Of a stretch of 64,000 nt of DNA, positions 37,401-53,195 are shown piece by piece. The first letter of the stretch is position 1, and each line of letters begins with the position of its first letter. The position numbers and the translations under genes are program-made. This DNA is from Anaeramoeba ignava BMAN (lineage: Eukaryota > Protista > Anaeramoebae): the NCBI GenBank assembly GCA_028826165.1, contig JAPDFW010000122.1, forward strand, positions 62,001 through 126,000, given 5' to 3'. Below the pieces are notes generated by a model. The model did no database searches. It worked only from the letters and a program-made list of their open reading frames with translations, and had not been told where the DNA came from.

Positions 37401-38286
37401 CCATCCCGCTCTTGCTTATCTCCGCAATGTTTCTGTTAAAAAACGCTATTTTTTTGGATCAACTTCTTCCAACTTGATCAACTTTGATCAACTCAATTCA
37501 ATTTTGGCACATTTTCCAAAAACTGAAAATTTTCCAACTTTTTTAGAAAAACAAAATTTTTCACCTTTTGTTCAGAATGATTCTTCCTTACCTTTTTCAA
37601 CTCCGCAATCTCTTAATTTCTTGACAAATTCACCTTTTCAAACTGCTCTTCTTGACTCTTTAAAAAACCGTCAATTAGATTCTTTACCAATTTATTTTAG
37701 TCTTATTTCTTGTCTTAAAGAGCTTTCAAATCCACATATTTTTTCTACTCAACAAATCTCAATTTCTCCTGTTTGGAAACTTTGGAATTCCCTTTTAATT
37801 TTTGAGTTTGTTCAGAATGGAAAATTTTTTAAAAACAAAAACCAAGTGAGTCTAGTTGATTCTTCTTTTGTTCAATTACTCCATCTTCAATTTGAGCATT
37901 TATTTACATTTCAAGAATCGAAAAGTTTTTTGAAGAGTATTTTTAATGAAGATTCTTTATCTAATCAAAGCTTTGATAGTTTGCTTTATCTTTATATCAA
38001 AGCAATTATTTCTGGAGAACAAATTCAAGATCTTTTTTGGTTTAATTCAATTTTTGCTTGTTTTTTAACTTATATTAATGTTCCTAATATTCAAATTCTT
38101 CGTCAAATTTCTCATTATTTTCAAGGTAATTCCAAGAAAGATTTAGATGTAAATTCCAATATTTTGGTTTTGAAAATTATGAAATGTTTAGAGAAGAAAA
38201 ATTATTCTTTAAATAATACAAAATTTTTAACACAAATTACAAAAATTACAAAAATTACACAAAAGATTTTAGAAAATAAAATTTAA
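31477..38286 (+). CDS. ANAPC1: Anaphase-promoting complex subunit 1
   Basis: 2269 aa intronless ORF. WPEFHNGVAAAL, PC repeats, YGEHMATHMAIGFLFLGGG, DNRYHLQALRHLYVLA, TPCILP. Confidence 0.96.
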   Translation: MEQKCINNQILSHLGYTTRWKGNEIKLYINTEEIKTEEIKTEEIKKKGVKKDKLLRTFKTPAEVKQVIFCLFHRTDINDFTEQNINEEENNKTEEKYSLVLAALYKGGLTLYSMSGKIFHVPLPCSISSIFPLPIGIILQRDSSNRVYLDNSRNENENENENQNQNQNQNQNENQNQNQNQNQNQNQNENQNQNQNQNQNQNENQNQNLKIKIKIKNQNQNLKNEDLKNEDLKNEDLKNENNLEENFPVMFTLMHPLEALRPVAFYSLIENNFDENLLMTPNQSSKKPHQWFITPQSQGGITTNNTTNTKFSGEYGIFGSENPLLVTDPKIKIIFTSTDFPIILTFHEENRQHRLWMIRRSAAVEEQRLATTPVFSHSSTRTSPFPFSRSVRSPFTSGVFSSAQTNIFSLKILEDIDEQLRDTYSEIFLQLIWEENENENENENIQKINHPFSKIFIGSSSEKILLYLFSKQNHLLRSLSINFQNFTAEEYFTLEEIQDIVPIQLTHPDNNYYNFSIHKYNQDISSKFLYQENKEEKKQYGTQYLDYLHPKDIRNSNANGGYSVFDLPFISQNQRGYLFKTFIYEFLVLRDGMLSVYSDNDKLCDISVFSLLDPIFIADFDGLKEKKQKETSDTEFESPLTSSPFKRMRISSSPLFPNNETNKEIEKKEVNSENQNQNQNTIIGLKDSIGDSVTLTFSNGFTLRVSLLPLRIRSLLVQLCIDALDLTLSKKMSLKIKSIFFARLNTFSFSKNNSFRNQWEILQEIILERKYWEDDSKQTEKQNEEKKEEKEDDWESFLSSDFHQEQKNTEWIRNLNIEEKKQETKKQNEKEKVGCSTFSSSSERLDALYSLHLVYEECKLDVLKKEFCNILGSLLVRLAIDLGQELFVEYYLHDFGSGILPKNGFQFSILEEMNEQYLLTPPNIFAWIMERISGEERGNPTFLNKKYGYNKSYLRNFSEKEKILKQQKQKQKQNLEKIDMEIEENQDLENNLATIKTFSRISNENFTIKNIFPIISCCFATRKLCYIFDILGNWDDQERYNTSAYKTTKKMEKDLREEKEFKEEKEFKEEMNTQSKLKAFQTPSMKNLQYKKEEKQTKQKTERNQEYQQTPRTENTKYSQYQGFPVMSTPTLPLLLQIEATPQFSPIRKFSNVKVEERIVLTAAKEGITWEDIEERLPFGISLPIREAIRKCSKKPRKNWPESALQLVQRKDLSEQRKYYESKITEKQKYTSYENYENYENEKRIRNSDSWGKDHKKFLSLRFPNDFRIREVKRILSSRRTLPIYERDETLPDAPKLRREQLDHQALRAVALPTARGMFELGSYRPLMTETLKIPPLTLDGRLLSKRNAIIKYDPSQSNISSLDWPEFHNGVAAALRFIPNSSSDFGSISQTITRNWLVYNITDKLSSQHAGLAFGFGLTGCLGELAKVDLVHLLQQGNELMNIGLLLGMGVNKISTMDQTAVKTLTIHIPAFLPTKSSQFSVPPLVQAAAVLGLGFVHLGTAHRRTAEVLIDEISRIGDDSTLAYRECYSLSVGIAFGLVTLAKGIHAFGLADMKAGEKLLRYITGGRKSDEQINQEQHDDSFHDQFSQSNQSQRVSLIKEGEMVNSDVTAPSATIALALMFLRTGNRAVASRLQIPDTLYLLDSFRPDVLFLRVVARNIIMWDEIKPTKEWIDEQIPGVLGSIIVGKSRNNLNLNENQNQNQNQNQNQNQKKINFNNINNLLNSTFGYSLDINSLTIAKLAIIAAAASAIGLKYAGTMNKEAAESITELIEEYEEIKRKNTSFYTSSTSNFEMYFTTLLISLGIIMAGSGDLKTFRLLRKYHKKVDSQRTYGEHMATHMAIGFLFLGGGRYTLCNSNLAVASLLCSLFPIFPRTSSDNRYHLQALRHLYVLAVQPRCMETRDVDTGALCSVPINIIFNDPKIPSLDLTTPCILPQIDSIKKIELVSHIHWPLRIRIRNFVSSPDTLSFSQRNFHPALAYLRNVSVKKRYFFGSTSSNLINFDQLNSILAHFPKTENFPTFLEKQNFSPFVQNDSSLPFSTPQSLNFLTNSPFQTALLDSLKNRQLDSLPIYFSLISCLKELSNPHIFSTQQISISPVWKLWNSLLIFEFVQNGKFFKNKNQVSLVDSSFVQLLHLQFEHLFTFQESKSFLKSIFNEDSLSNQSFDSLLYLYIKAIISGEQIQDLFWFNSIFACFLTYINVPNIQILRQISHYFQGNSKKDLDVNSNILVLKIMKCLEKKNYSLNNTKFLTQITKITKITQKILENKI

Positions 38287-38319
38287 ATCTTTAATTTAAA
38301 TCTTTAAATTTTTAAATCT

Positions 38320-41300
38320 TTAAATCAATTTTATATCAATTTTATATCAATTTTAAATCAATTTTATATCAATTTTAAATCAATTTTATATCAATTTTAA
38401 ATAAATTTTATATCAATTTTATATCAATTTTATATTAATTTTAAATCAATTTTAAATCAATTTTAAATCAATTTTAAATCAATTTTAAATCAATTTATAT
38501 CAATTTTATATTAATTTTAAATCAATTTTATATCAATTTTAAATCAATTTTAAATCAATTTTATATCAATTTTAAATCAATTTTAAATCAATTTTATATC
38601 AATTTTATATTAATTTTAAATCAATTTTATATCAATTTTAAATCAATTTTAAATCAATTTTATATCAATTTTATATTAATTTTAAATCAATTTTATATCA
38701 ATTTTATATTAATTTTATATCAATTTTTATATCAATTTTAAATCAATTTTATATTAATTTTTATATCAATTTTAAATCAATTTAAATCAATTTTATATCA
38801 ATTTTATATCAATTTTAAATCAATTTTAAATCAATTTTATATCAATTTTTATATCAATTTTAAATCAATTTTAAATCAATTTTAAATCAATTTTATATCA
38901 ATTTTAAATCAATTTTATATCAATTTTATTTCAATTTTATTTCAATTTTATATTAATTTTATATCGGGAATTTTAAATCAATTTTAAATCAATTTTATAT
39001 CAATTTTATATCAAATTTTATATCAATTTTATATCAATTTTATATCAATTTTATATCAATTTTAAATCAATTTTAAATCAATTTTAAATCAATTTTATAT
39101 CAATTTTATATCAATTTTTATATCAATTTTAAATTAATTTTAAATTAATTTTAAATTAATTTTATATCAATTTTAAATCAATTTTATATCAATTTTATAT
39201 CAATTTTATATCAATTTTATATCAATTTTATATCAATTTTATATCAATTTTAAATCAATTTTAAATTAATTTTAAATCAATTTTAAATCAATTTTATATC
39301 AATTTTATATCAATTTTATATCAATTTTATATCAATTTTAAATAAATTTTATATCAATTTTAAATCAATTTTATATCAATTTTATATCAATTTTATATCA
39401 ATTTTAAATCAATTTTTAAATTAATTTTATATCAATTTTATATCAATTTTAAATCAATTTTATATCAATTTTATATCAATTTTATATCAATTTTATATCA
39501 AATTTTATATCAATTTTATATCAATTTTATATCAATTTTAAATCAATTTTTTATATCAATTTTAAATCAATTTTAAATTAATTTTTATATCAATTTTATA
39601 TCAATTTTAAATTAATTTTAAATCAATTTTATATCAATTTTAAATCAATTTTATATCAATTTTAAATCAATTTTATATTAATTTTATATCAATTTTAAAT
39701 CAAATTTAAATCAATTTTAAATTAATTTTAAATCAATTTTAAATTAATTTTATATCAATTTTAAATTAATTTTATATCAATTTTAAATTAATTTTATATC
39801 AATTTTAAATCAATTTTATATCAATTTTTAAATCAATTTTATATTAATTTTAAATCAATTTTATATTAATTTTAAATCAATTTTAAATCAATTTTATATT
39901 AATTTTAAATCAATTTTTTATATTAATTTTAAATCAATTTTAAATCAATTTTATATTAATTTTAAATCAATTTTATATTAATTTTATATCAATTTTATAT
40001 CAATTTTATATCAATTTTAAATCAATTTTAAATCAATTTTAAATTAATTTTTAAATCAATTTTAAATTAATTTTAAATCAATTTTATATCAATTTTAAAT
40101 CAATTTTAAATCAATTTTATATTAATTTTATATCAATTTTATATCAATTTTAAATTAATTTTAAATCAATTTTAAATTAATTTTAAATCAATTTTAAATC
40201 AATTTTATATCAATTTTATATTAATTTTTATATCAATTTTATATTAATTTTAAATTAATTTTAAATCAATTTTAAATCAATTTTATATTAATTTTATATT
40301 AATTTTTTATATCAATTTTAAATCAATTTTAAATCAATTTTTTATTTTAAATCAATTTTATATCAATTTTTATATCAATTTTATATCAATTTTATATCAA
40401 TTTTAAATCAATTTTATATCAATTTTTATATCAATTTTAAATCAATTTTAAATCAATTTTATAAATCAATTTTAAATCAATTTTAAATCAATTTTAAATC
40501 AATTTTAAATCAATTTTATATTAATTTTATATCAATTTTATATCAATTTTATATCAATTTTATATCAATTTTATATCAATTTTATATCAATTTTAAATTA
40601 ATTTTAAATCAATTTTATATTAATTTTAAATCAATTTTATATTAATTTTAAATCAATTTTATATCAATTTTATATCAATTTTATATTAATTTTAAATCAA
40701 TTTTAAATCAATTTTAAATCAATTTTATATCAATTTTAAATCAATTTTTATATCAATTTTAAATCAATTTTATATCAATTTTATATTAATTTTAAATCAA
40801 TTTTATATCAATTTTAAATCAATTTTATATCAATTTTATATTAATTTTAAATCAATTTTATATCAATTTTAAATCAATTTTATATCAATTTTAAATCAAT
40901 TTTAAATCAATTTTATATCAATTTTAAATTAATTTTAAATCAATTTTAAATCAATTTTATATCAATTTTAAATTAATTTTAAATCAATTTTATATTAATT
41001 TTAAATCAAAACTAAAATAATTTTAAATCAATTTTAAATCAATTTTAAATCAATTTTAAATCAATTTTATATCAATTTTATATCAATTTTATATCAATTT
41101 TATATCAATTTTAAATCAATTTTAAATCAATTTTAAATCAATTTTATATCAATTTTAAATCAATTTTATATCAATTTTATATCAATTTTAAATCAATTTT
41201 AAATCAATTTTAAATCAATTTTATATCAATTTTAAATCAATTTTAAATTAATTTTAAATTAATTTTAAATCAATTTTAAATCAATTTTAAATCAATTTTA

Positions 41301-41360
41301 TATCAATTTTAAATCAATTTTAAATCAATTTTATATCAATTTTATATCAATTTTATATCA
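38320..41360. repeat. Intergenic 11-bp satellite (ATCAATTTTAW)n
   Basis: About 3 kb tandem array beginning about 35 bp after the APC1 stop. Confidence 0.95.
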
Positions 41361-41523
41361 AAATCTAAATAATTTAATTAAAAAAAATGAGTCAAAATTA
41401 AATAAAATTCATAATAAAATTAAATTTTTTTTTAATTTTTTTTTTTCATTTTTTTATTTCATTTTTCTTTTTTAATTTTTTAATTTTTAATTTGTGGTTT
41501 TTTTTTTATATTTTTTTTGGAAA

Positions 41524-43600
41524 ATGTTTGAAGATAATCCGTTAAAGATTGTTCTTGTTGGAGGAGGTTCAGGTTTGTTAATTTAAAAACTTAAAAAAAT
41601 TTAAAAAAATTTAAATTAAAAAAATTTTTTTTTTTTTCGAATTTTGTTTTCTCATAAATTATTGCTTTTTTTTTTTCTTTCTTTCTTTTATTATTTTAAA
41701 TATAATCAGTTGGAAAATCTTGTTTAGCAACTCAATTCCTTCAAGGAAAATTTATTGAAGATTATGATCCTACAATCGGTAATTAATATTTTACTTACTT
41801 TCTTTTTTTCTTACAAAAAAAAAAAAACAAATTGAAAATTTCAAAAAAAAAACCCTAAAAAAAAAAGCAAAAAAAAAATTTAAATTTACAAACTTTTTGA
41901 ATTATATTTATAATTTTATTTATAATTAAATTTATAATTAAATCCTTTTTTTTTTAATTTGTCTTAATTATCAAAAAAAGAAAAAAAAGAAAAAAAAGAA
42001 AAAAATTTTTTTTTAATTTCAATCAATTAAATTAAATTAAATATTTATTTAAATAATTAATTAATTAATTATTTATTTATTTAGTTGCAAGCCATCAAAA
42101 AGTTATGGAAATTGAATCTGAACAAATACATGTTGAAATTATTGATACAGCAGGTCAAGAAGAATACAGATCAGCAAGAGATAAAGTAAACTAATCCAAC
42201 TTTATTTATCCTTTTTTTTTCTAAATTAAAAATTCAAAATGAAAAACAATTTTTAAAGCAAAATTTTTAAAGCAGTTTTCAAAGAACAAATCAAAACAAT
42301 TTAAAACAATTTAAAATGAAATTTAAAATGAAATTATAATTAAATTTATCAACAAATTAATAATTAAATTTATCAATAAATTAATAAATAAATTTATCAA
42401 CAAATTAATAATTAAATTTATCAACAAATTAATAAATAAATTAATAAATAAATTAATAAATAAATTAATAAATAAATTTATCAACAAATTAAATAAATTA
42501 ATAAATAAATTTATAATTAAATTTATCAACAAATTAATAAATAAATTTATCAACAAATTAATAAATAAATTTATCAACAAATTAATAAATAAATTTATCA
42601 ATAAATTTATCAATAAATTAATAAATAAATTAATAAATAAATTAATAATTAAATTAATAAATAAATTAATAATTAAATTAATAATTAAATTAATAATTAA
42701 ATTAATAAATAAATTAATAATTAAATTAATAATTAAATTAATAATTAAATTAATAATTAAATTTAAAATTAAAATTAATAAATTCAAAACAAAATTTATA
42801 ATGAAATTTAAAATGAAATTTAAAATGAAATTTATAATTATATTTAAAATGAAATTTATAATTAAATTTATAATGAAATTTAAAATGAAATTTATAATGA
42901 AATTTATATCAAAATTTAAAATGAAATTTAAAATGAAATTTATAATTATATTTATAATGAAATTTATATTTATATTTATATTTAAATTTATATTTTTTAG
43001 TATATAAAATTAGGAGAAGGATTTATTTTAGTTTTTAGTATTATTGCTCGTCAAAGTTTTGTTGAAGCACAACTTCTTCATGAATCAATTCGTCGAGCTA
43101 ATAATTTTAATAAAGCACCAGTTATAACTGTTGCCAATAAAATGGGTTATTTTTTTAATTAATATTCTTTTAAATGAAATTTATTTATTTATTTAATTTT
43201 ATTTAAAATAGATTTAGAAAATGAAAGAATTGTTTCAAAAGAAGAAGGAGAAGAATTAGCAAATAAATATTCCAGTCAATATTATGAAACGTAAATAATT
43301 TTAATAATTTAATTTAAAAAAAAAATTTTTTAATTTAAAAATAAATAAATTTTAAAAATTGGATAAAAAATTTTAGATCAGCAAAAACTGGAAAAAACGT
43401 CGATTTATGTTTTGAAACTATTACAAAATTATTGAAAGAAGCAAGATTAAATAAAGCACAACAACCAGTTACAACTCAATCTTCAAATTCTAAATCATGC
43501 TGTTTAATTTTATGGTAAAAAACAAAAACAAAAATAATTTTTAATTTTTTAATTTTTTAATTTTTTAATTTTTTAATTTTTAATTTTTTAATTTTTTAGA
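41524..43600 (+). CDS. Ras-family small GTPase (not in the ORF track)
   Basis: Exons 41524-41572, 41710-41778, 42085-42185, 43001-43145, 43212-43290, 43377-43514, plus 43600 (split TG|A stop). GGGSVGKS, YDPTI, DTAGQEEY, NKMD, ETSAK, C-terminal CCLIL. Confidence 0.92.
42320..42990 (+). repeat. Two adjacent 12-bp satellites inside Ras intron 42186-43000
   Basis: AAATTAATAAAT/AAATTTATCAAC units followed by AAATTTATAATG-type units. Confidence 0.85.
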
Positions 43601-43852
43601 GGAAAAAAAATCATTTTCTTTTAAGTTCTTTTTGATTCCAAAAATTTAATTTTTCCATCAAAAAAATTTTTTTACTTTTTTTTTTTTGCTTTTTCATTCA
43701 ATTTTCTTTTGTGTCATTTAATCAAAAAGATTTGAAAACGAATAAAAACAAAAAACAAAAAACAAAAAACAAAATTTAATTTAAAATTCCAAATTTTTTT
43801 TTTCATTTTTTTATTCTTTTTAATTTAAAATTTAATTTAAAATTTAATTTAA

Positions 43853-45454
43853 ATGACAAACAAAAATCCTTTTGAAAATCATTTTGAAAATTTAAATGAA
43901 AATTTAATTGAAAATCAAATTGAAAATCAAATTGAAAATCAAAATGAAAATTTAAATGAAAATTTAAATGAAAACGAAAAAGAAAAAACAATAGATGAAG
44001 AAAAGAGAATAACGGAAAATAAGGAAAAAGAAAAACCAGAAGAAGAAGATATACAATATACATTTTCAAAGAGAAAATTAACGCTAGTTGGGAATGATTT
44101 AGAAACAATACCCGAAGATTTAATCAAAAAATTTGGGGCAAAAACAAAAGAACTTGAAATGAGTCATAATGCAGTAGTGTCAATGGAGCAATTTAGTTTA
44201 TTCCCTTCTCTTAAAACTTTAATTCTTGATAATAATTGTGTTACTTCAAAAAGTCCAATTCCAAGAATGAAAAAACTTGAAACTCTTTGGGTTAATAAAA
44301 ATCAAATTGAGGATTTGGAAGAGTTCGTTAATTCCTTGAAAAAATTACCTCGTTTAAATTATTTATCAATGCTTGGTAATCCTGCTTGCCCTAGTGTTTT
44401 CTCAGGAAAAGATCCAGGAGAATATACAAAATATAGGTTGGAATTTTATAATTAAATTTATAATTAAATTTATAATTAAATTTATAATTAAATTTATAAT
44501 TAAATTTATAATTATATTTAAAATGAAATTTATAATTAAATTTATAATTATATTTATAATTAAATTTATAATTATATTTATAATTAAATTTATAATTAAA
44601 TTTATAATTAAATTTATAATTAAATTTATAATTAAATTTATAATTAAATTTAAAATTAAATTTATAATTAAATTTATAATTATATTTATAATTAAATTTA
44701 TAATTAATTAAATTAAATTTAAATTAAATTTATATTTATAATTAAATTTATAATTAAATTTATAATTAAATTTATAATTAAATTTATAATTAAATTTATA
44801 ATTAAATTTATAATTAAATTTATAATTAAATTTATAATTAAATTTATAATTAAATTTATAATTAAATTTATAATTAAATTTAAAACAAATTTATAATGAA
44901 ATTTAAAACGAAATTTATAATTAAATTTATAATTAAATTTAAAATGAAATTTATAATTAAATTTAAAATGAATTTTATAATTAAATTTAAAATGTGGATT
45001 TTTTTTTAATTTTGAATTTCCTTTTTAGAAAATTTGTTTTATCACAATTACGGGGATTAACTTATCTAGATTCTACTCCTGTTACTCATCAAGAAAAAAG
45101 ATCAGCTTTTCGTTATTATAAAGAATTAAAAAAAGCAAAAGTAAATCAAATTAAAAAATTTCAAATTAAAAAATTTCAAATTAAAAAATTTCAAATTAAA
45201 AAATCAAATTAAAAAAAAAATCTAAAATAATAAATTATTATTTATAGCAAGAATCAGGTCAATTAGATGATGATTCTGAAAATGAAAGAAGTGATGAAAA
45301 TCAATCAGATGAAAGTGATGAAGAAATTGAAAAATTTTTGAATCGATCATCAAAAAAAAATCGGTAAAAAAAAAATATCAAAAATTTTTAATCAAAAAAA
45401 TTTATTAATCTTTAAATTTTTAAATTTAGATTTTTGAGACAATATAATTTATAA
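43853..45454 (+). CDS. LRMDA (C10orf11)-like leucine-rich-repeat protein
   Basis: Exons 43853-44436, 45029-45140, 45248-45363, 45430-45454. LKTLILDNN, LETLWVNKN, LSMLGNPACP, YRKFVLSQLRGLTYLDSTPVT; the spliced C-terminus NRFLRQYNL resembles the family NRFI tail. Confidence 0.8.
44437..45028 (+). repeat. Intron with 12-bp satellite (AAATTTATAATT)n
   Basis: GT-AG intron dominated by tandem 12-mer. Confidence 0.88.
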
Positions 45455-45509
45455 CTTGATTTTTTGAAATTTTTCTTTCAATCCTTTTTTTTTTGAAAAA
45501 AAAAAGAAA

Positions 45510-45830
45510 GATCAAAATCAAAATTAAAATCAAAATCAAAATTAAAATTAAAATTAAAATTAAAATCAAAATCAAAATTAAAATCAAAATCAAAATTAAA
45601 ATTATAATCAAAATCAAAATCAAAATTAAAATCAAAATTAAAATCAAAATCAAAATTAAAATCAAATTCAAAATCAAAATTAAAATTAAAATTAAAATTA
45701 AAATCAAAATTAAAATCAAAATCAAATTCAAATTCAAAATCAAAATCAAAATCAAAATCAAAATCAAAATCAAAATTAAAATTATAATCAAAATTAAATC
45801 AAAATTCAAAATTAAAATCAAAATTAAAAA
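45510..45830. repeat. Intergenic 6-bp repeat (AAAATC/AAAATT)n
   Basis: Tandem hexamer; source of the spurious KIKI/ILIL ORFs. Confidence 0.9.
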
Positions 45831-45850
45831 AATTTAATAAAAAAAAATTT

Positions 45851-45880
45851 TTTTCATTTTTTTCATTTTTTTCATTTTTT
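45851..45880 (+). promoter_or_regulatory. Tandem TTTCATTTT initiator-like motif (representative copy)
   Basis: Three copies at 9-nt spacing shortly before the ATG; the same motif precedes most genes in the window on their own strand. Confidence 0.5.
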
Positions 45881-45896
45881 CTTTTTAAAAATAAAA

Positions 45897-47608
45897 ATGG
45901 AAAACTTTTATGAATTTGAACAAAACAATGAACTTATAACAGTTATAATCAAAGTACCTAAAGGAACAAAAAAGGAAGATATTCTATTTAAACGTACGAA
46001 AAAAAGTTTAAGCGCGGGAGTGAAGAATGTTGATCCAATAATCGAAGGATTGTTGTTCGATGAGATTGATCCTGATGGATCTATTTGGTCTTTTGACAAG
46101 CAACAAACACTTTCAATATATCTTGAAAAAAGAAACCCGCGTGTTTGGCCACTCCTTATAGTACGGCCAGATAATGGGAAAATAGATAGTCATTCAGAGT
46201 AGGATTTATTGATGATATTTTTTTAATCCAGAAAAAAATCCATTTTTCCGTTATTTTTTAAAATGAAAGTCGAAATATTTTAATTACATTATTGTTTATT
46301 TAAATAAGACATTTTTCTGTTATAATTGTATTTAGCAATTGTTTTAATATCAACACATGAAATTATTTTCCAAGTCAATTTTAATTGAAAGAGTGGTTTT
46401 ATTATGGATTTTCAATAACAAAAAACACATTCAAAAACACATTTTTATTTTCGTTCAAATTGAATTTCTAAATGGATTTAATATTTTTTATTCAAAAGGT
46501 TTTTGCTTTCAAATCTTTATGAGAATCAGAACCATTTCGTAGATGCTTTGAATCTATTAGAAAGCAGCGCAGAAAAAGGGAGTATTTTATCAATACTCAA
46601 ATTGGCAACACTTTATGTTGAAAAAGAAACTCCGTATCCAATTCAACAGGATGTCAATAAGTCTTTCGAATATTGGATCAAAGCAGCGAATTTAGGGAGT
46701 GTTGAGGCTCAGTTTTTTGTTGGTCATTGCTATCATTCTGGTGAATTATGCGATCCAAATCTTGAAAAAGCAACTGAATATTATAAACGTGCTTTAGAAA
46801 ATGGCGAGTTCAATTCTGCTTATTATCTAGGTTGCATTTATTATGAAGGAGGTAAATATTTCAATTCAATTTATCTTTTTGGTTCTTTTTTTAATTTGTA
46901 TTTAAATTGAAATTGGATTTACCGTTTTGATTTTAATTGAATAATTAAGTATGAAAATTTATTCTTTAAAACAATCAAAAATTTTTTTTTTGCAATTTAA
47001 AAATAAAAGGAGAAAAAATTGAACAAAATGATGAACTTGCTGTTAAATATTGGGATCTTGCTTATAAAAATGGAAATAATCCAGAAGCACTTTATAATCT
47101 TGGTTTAATGAATTTATCAGGAAGAGGAATAGAAAAAAATGTAGAATTAGGAAAGGAATATTTAGAAAAAGCAACAAAAATGAGTCCAGATTTAACAATT
47201 ACAGAAGAAGTTATGAAAATAATTGCAAATGAAGAAAATGAAAATTCAAATGAAAATTCAAATGAAAATCCAAATGAAAATGAAAAAGAAAATTTAAATG
47301 AAAATTTAAATGAAAATGAAAAAGAAATTGACAAAGAAAAATTAAAAGAAATGCTTGAAAAAGAAATTCAAATTGACAAACAAAATGAAAATGAAAATGA
47401 AAATGAAAATGAAAATGAAAAAGAAAAAGAAAATGAAAAAGAAAATGAAACTACTTTTTCAAAAATTACTTCAAAAATTAAAACTATTTCTAAAAGTAAG
47501 AAAACTTGGGTTATTGGTGCTCTTATTTTAGGAACTGCTGCTTTAACTTATTATTTCAAAAACAAAAAACCAAATGATAAAGAAGAATCAAAATCTGATT
47601 TAGATTAA
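45897..47608 (+). CDS. CS (p23/Hsp20-like) domain + Sel1/TPR-like repeats + C-terminal tail anchor; Tom36/ATOM69-like architecture
   Basis: Exons 45897-46198, 46499-46851, 47010-47608. CS domain (YEFEQNNELITVIIKVP...GSIWSF...IYLEK...WPLL), about 4-5 Sel1 repeats (AANLGSVEAQFFVG, ALYNLG), TM WVIGALILGTAALTYYF flanked by lysines. Confidence 0.8.
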
Positions 47609-47638
47609 TTTTAAAAAAAAAATAATAATACAAAAATT

Positions 47639-47670
<32 letters not shown>

Positions 47671-48088
47671 TTTCTCTTTTAAAAACAAATTTAAATTTAA
47701 AATAAAATTTAAAAATTAAAATTAAAGAAAAAGTTGTTTAATTTTGGTTCTTTTGCTTGTTAAAAAAAAAATTATTATTCTTTTAAAAAAAAAAAAAGAA
47801 TAAAAAAAGACAAAAGAAAAAAATCGGAAAAAAATCGGAAAAAAAAAAGTAAAAAGAAAAAAAAGTGTTTCAAAAAAAAAAAATTTGAGAAAATTAGAGC
47901 AACTAAAAAGCTATCGTTTTCCAATTAATTTTACTTTTAAAATTTTAAAAAAAATTTAACTTACTTTTAAAAATTTTTCATTTAATCTAGTTTTTTTTTT
48001 GTTGCTTTTTAAATTAACTAATTAAATTAAATCAAATTAAATTAAATTAAATTAAATTAAATCAAATTTAATCTAATTTAATTTAAAA

Positions 48089-52709
<4,621 letters not shown>

Positions 52710-53195
52710 TTCTTTTTTTTTAAAGGAAAATGAAAAAAATGAAAAAATGAAAAAAAAATATTAAAAAAAATTTTTACATAAACATCATAATCAAAAAACA
52801 TTTACATAAAAAAATACATTTATATAAAACATTATTATTATAAAAAATAAATTAATAATTTAAATTAAAAAAAAATTTTTTTTTTTTCTTTTTTTTATTT
52901 TTTTTTTTTATTTGATTTATTTACAACTCATCATTTGATCTTTTTCTTTTTTTATTTTATTTTTTAATTAAAAAAAAAAAACAAAAAAACAAAAAATTTT
53001 TTTTCTTTTTAGTTTTATTTATTTCCTATTTATTTTTTTAAATAGATTTATTTAAAATTGATTTAAATTATTATTAAATTTAATTTTTCTTATTTTTATT
53101 TATTTTTTGATCAATAAAATTAAAAAAAAAATTTTTTTTTCTTTTTGTTTTTCTCCTTTTTAATTTTATTCTTATTTTTGTTTTTGTTTTTGTTT

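Noticed and set aside
31477-38286. Intein or other insertion explaining the long APC1 ORF
   Set aside because: No recognisable Hint blocks or HN-C/S/T junction; extra length is low-complexity N/Q/E/K sequence. An HMM search would be needed to exclude it fully.
38962-38972. Isolated CGGG inside an A/T/C satellite
   Set aside because: Single occurrence, most likely a sequencing error or point insertion.
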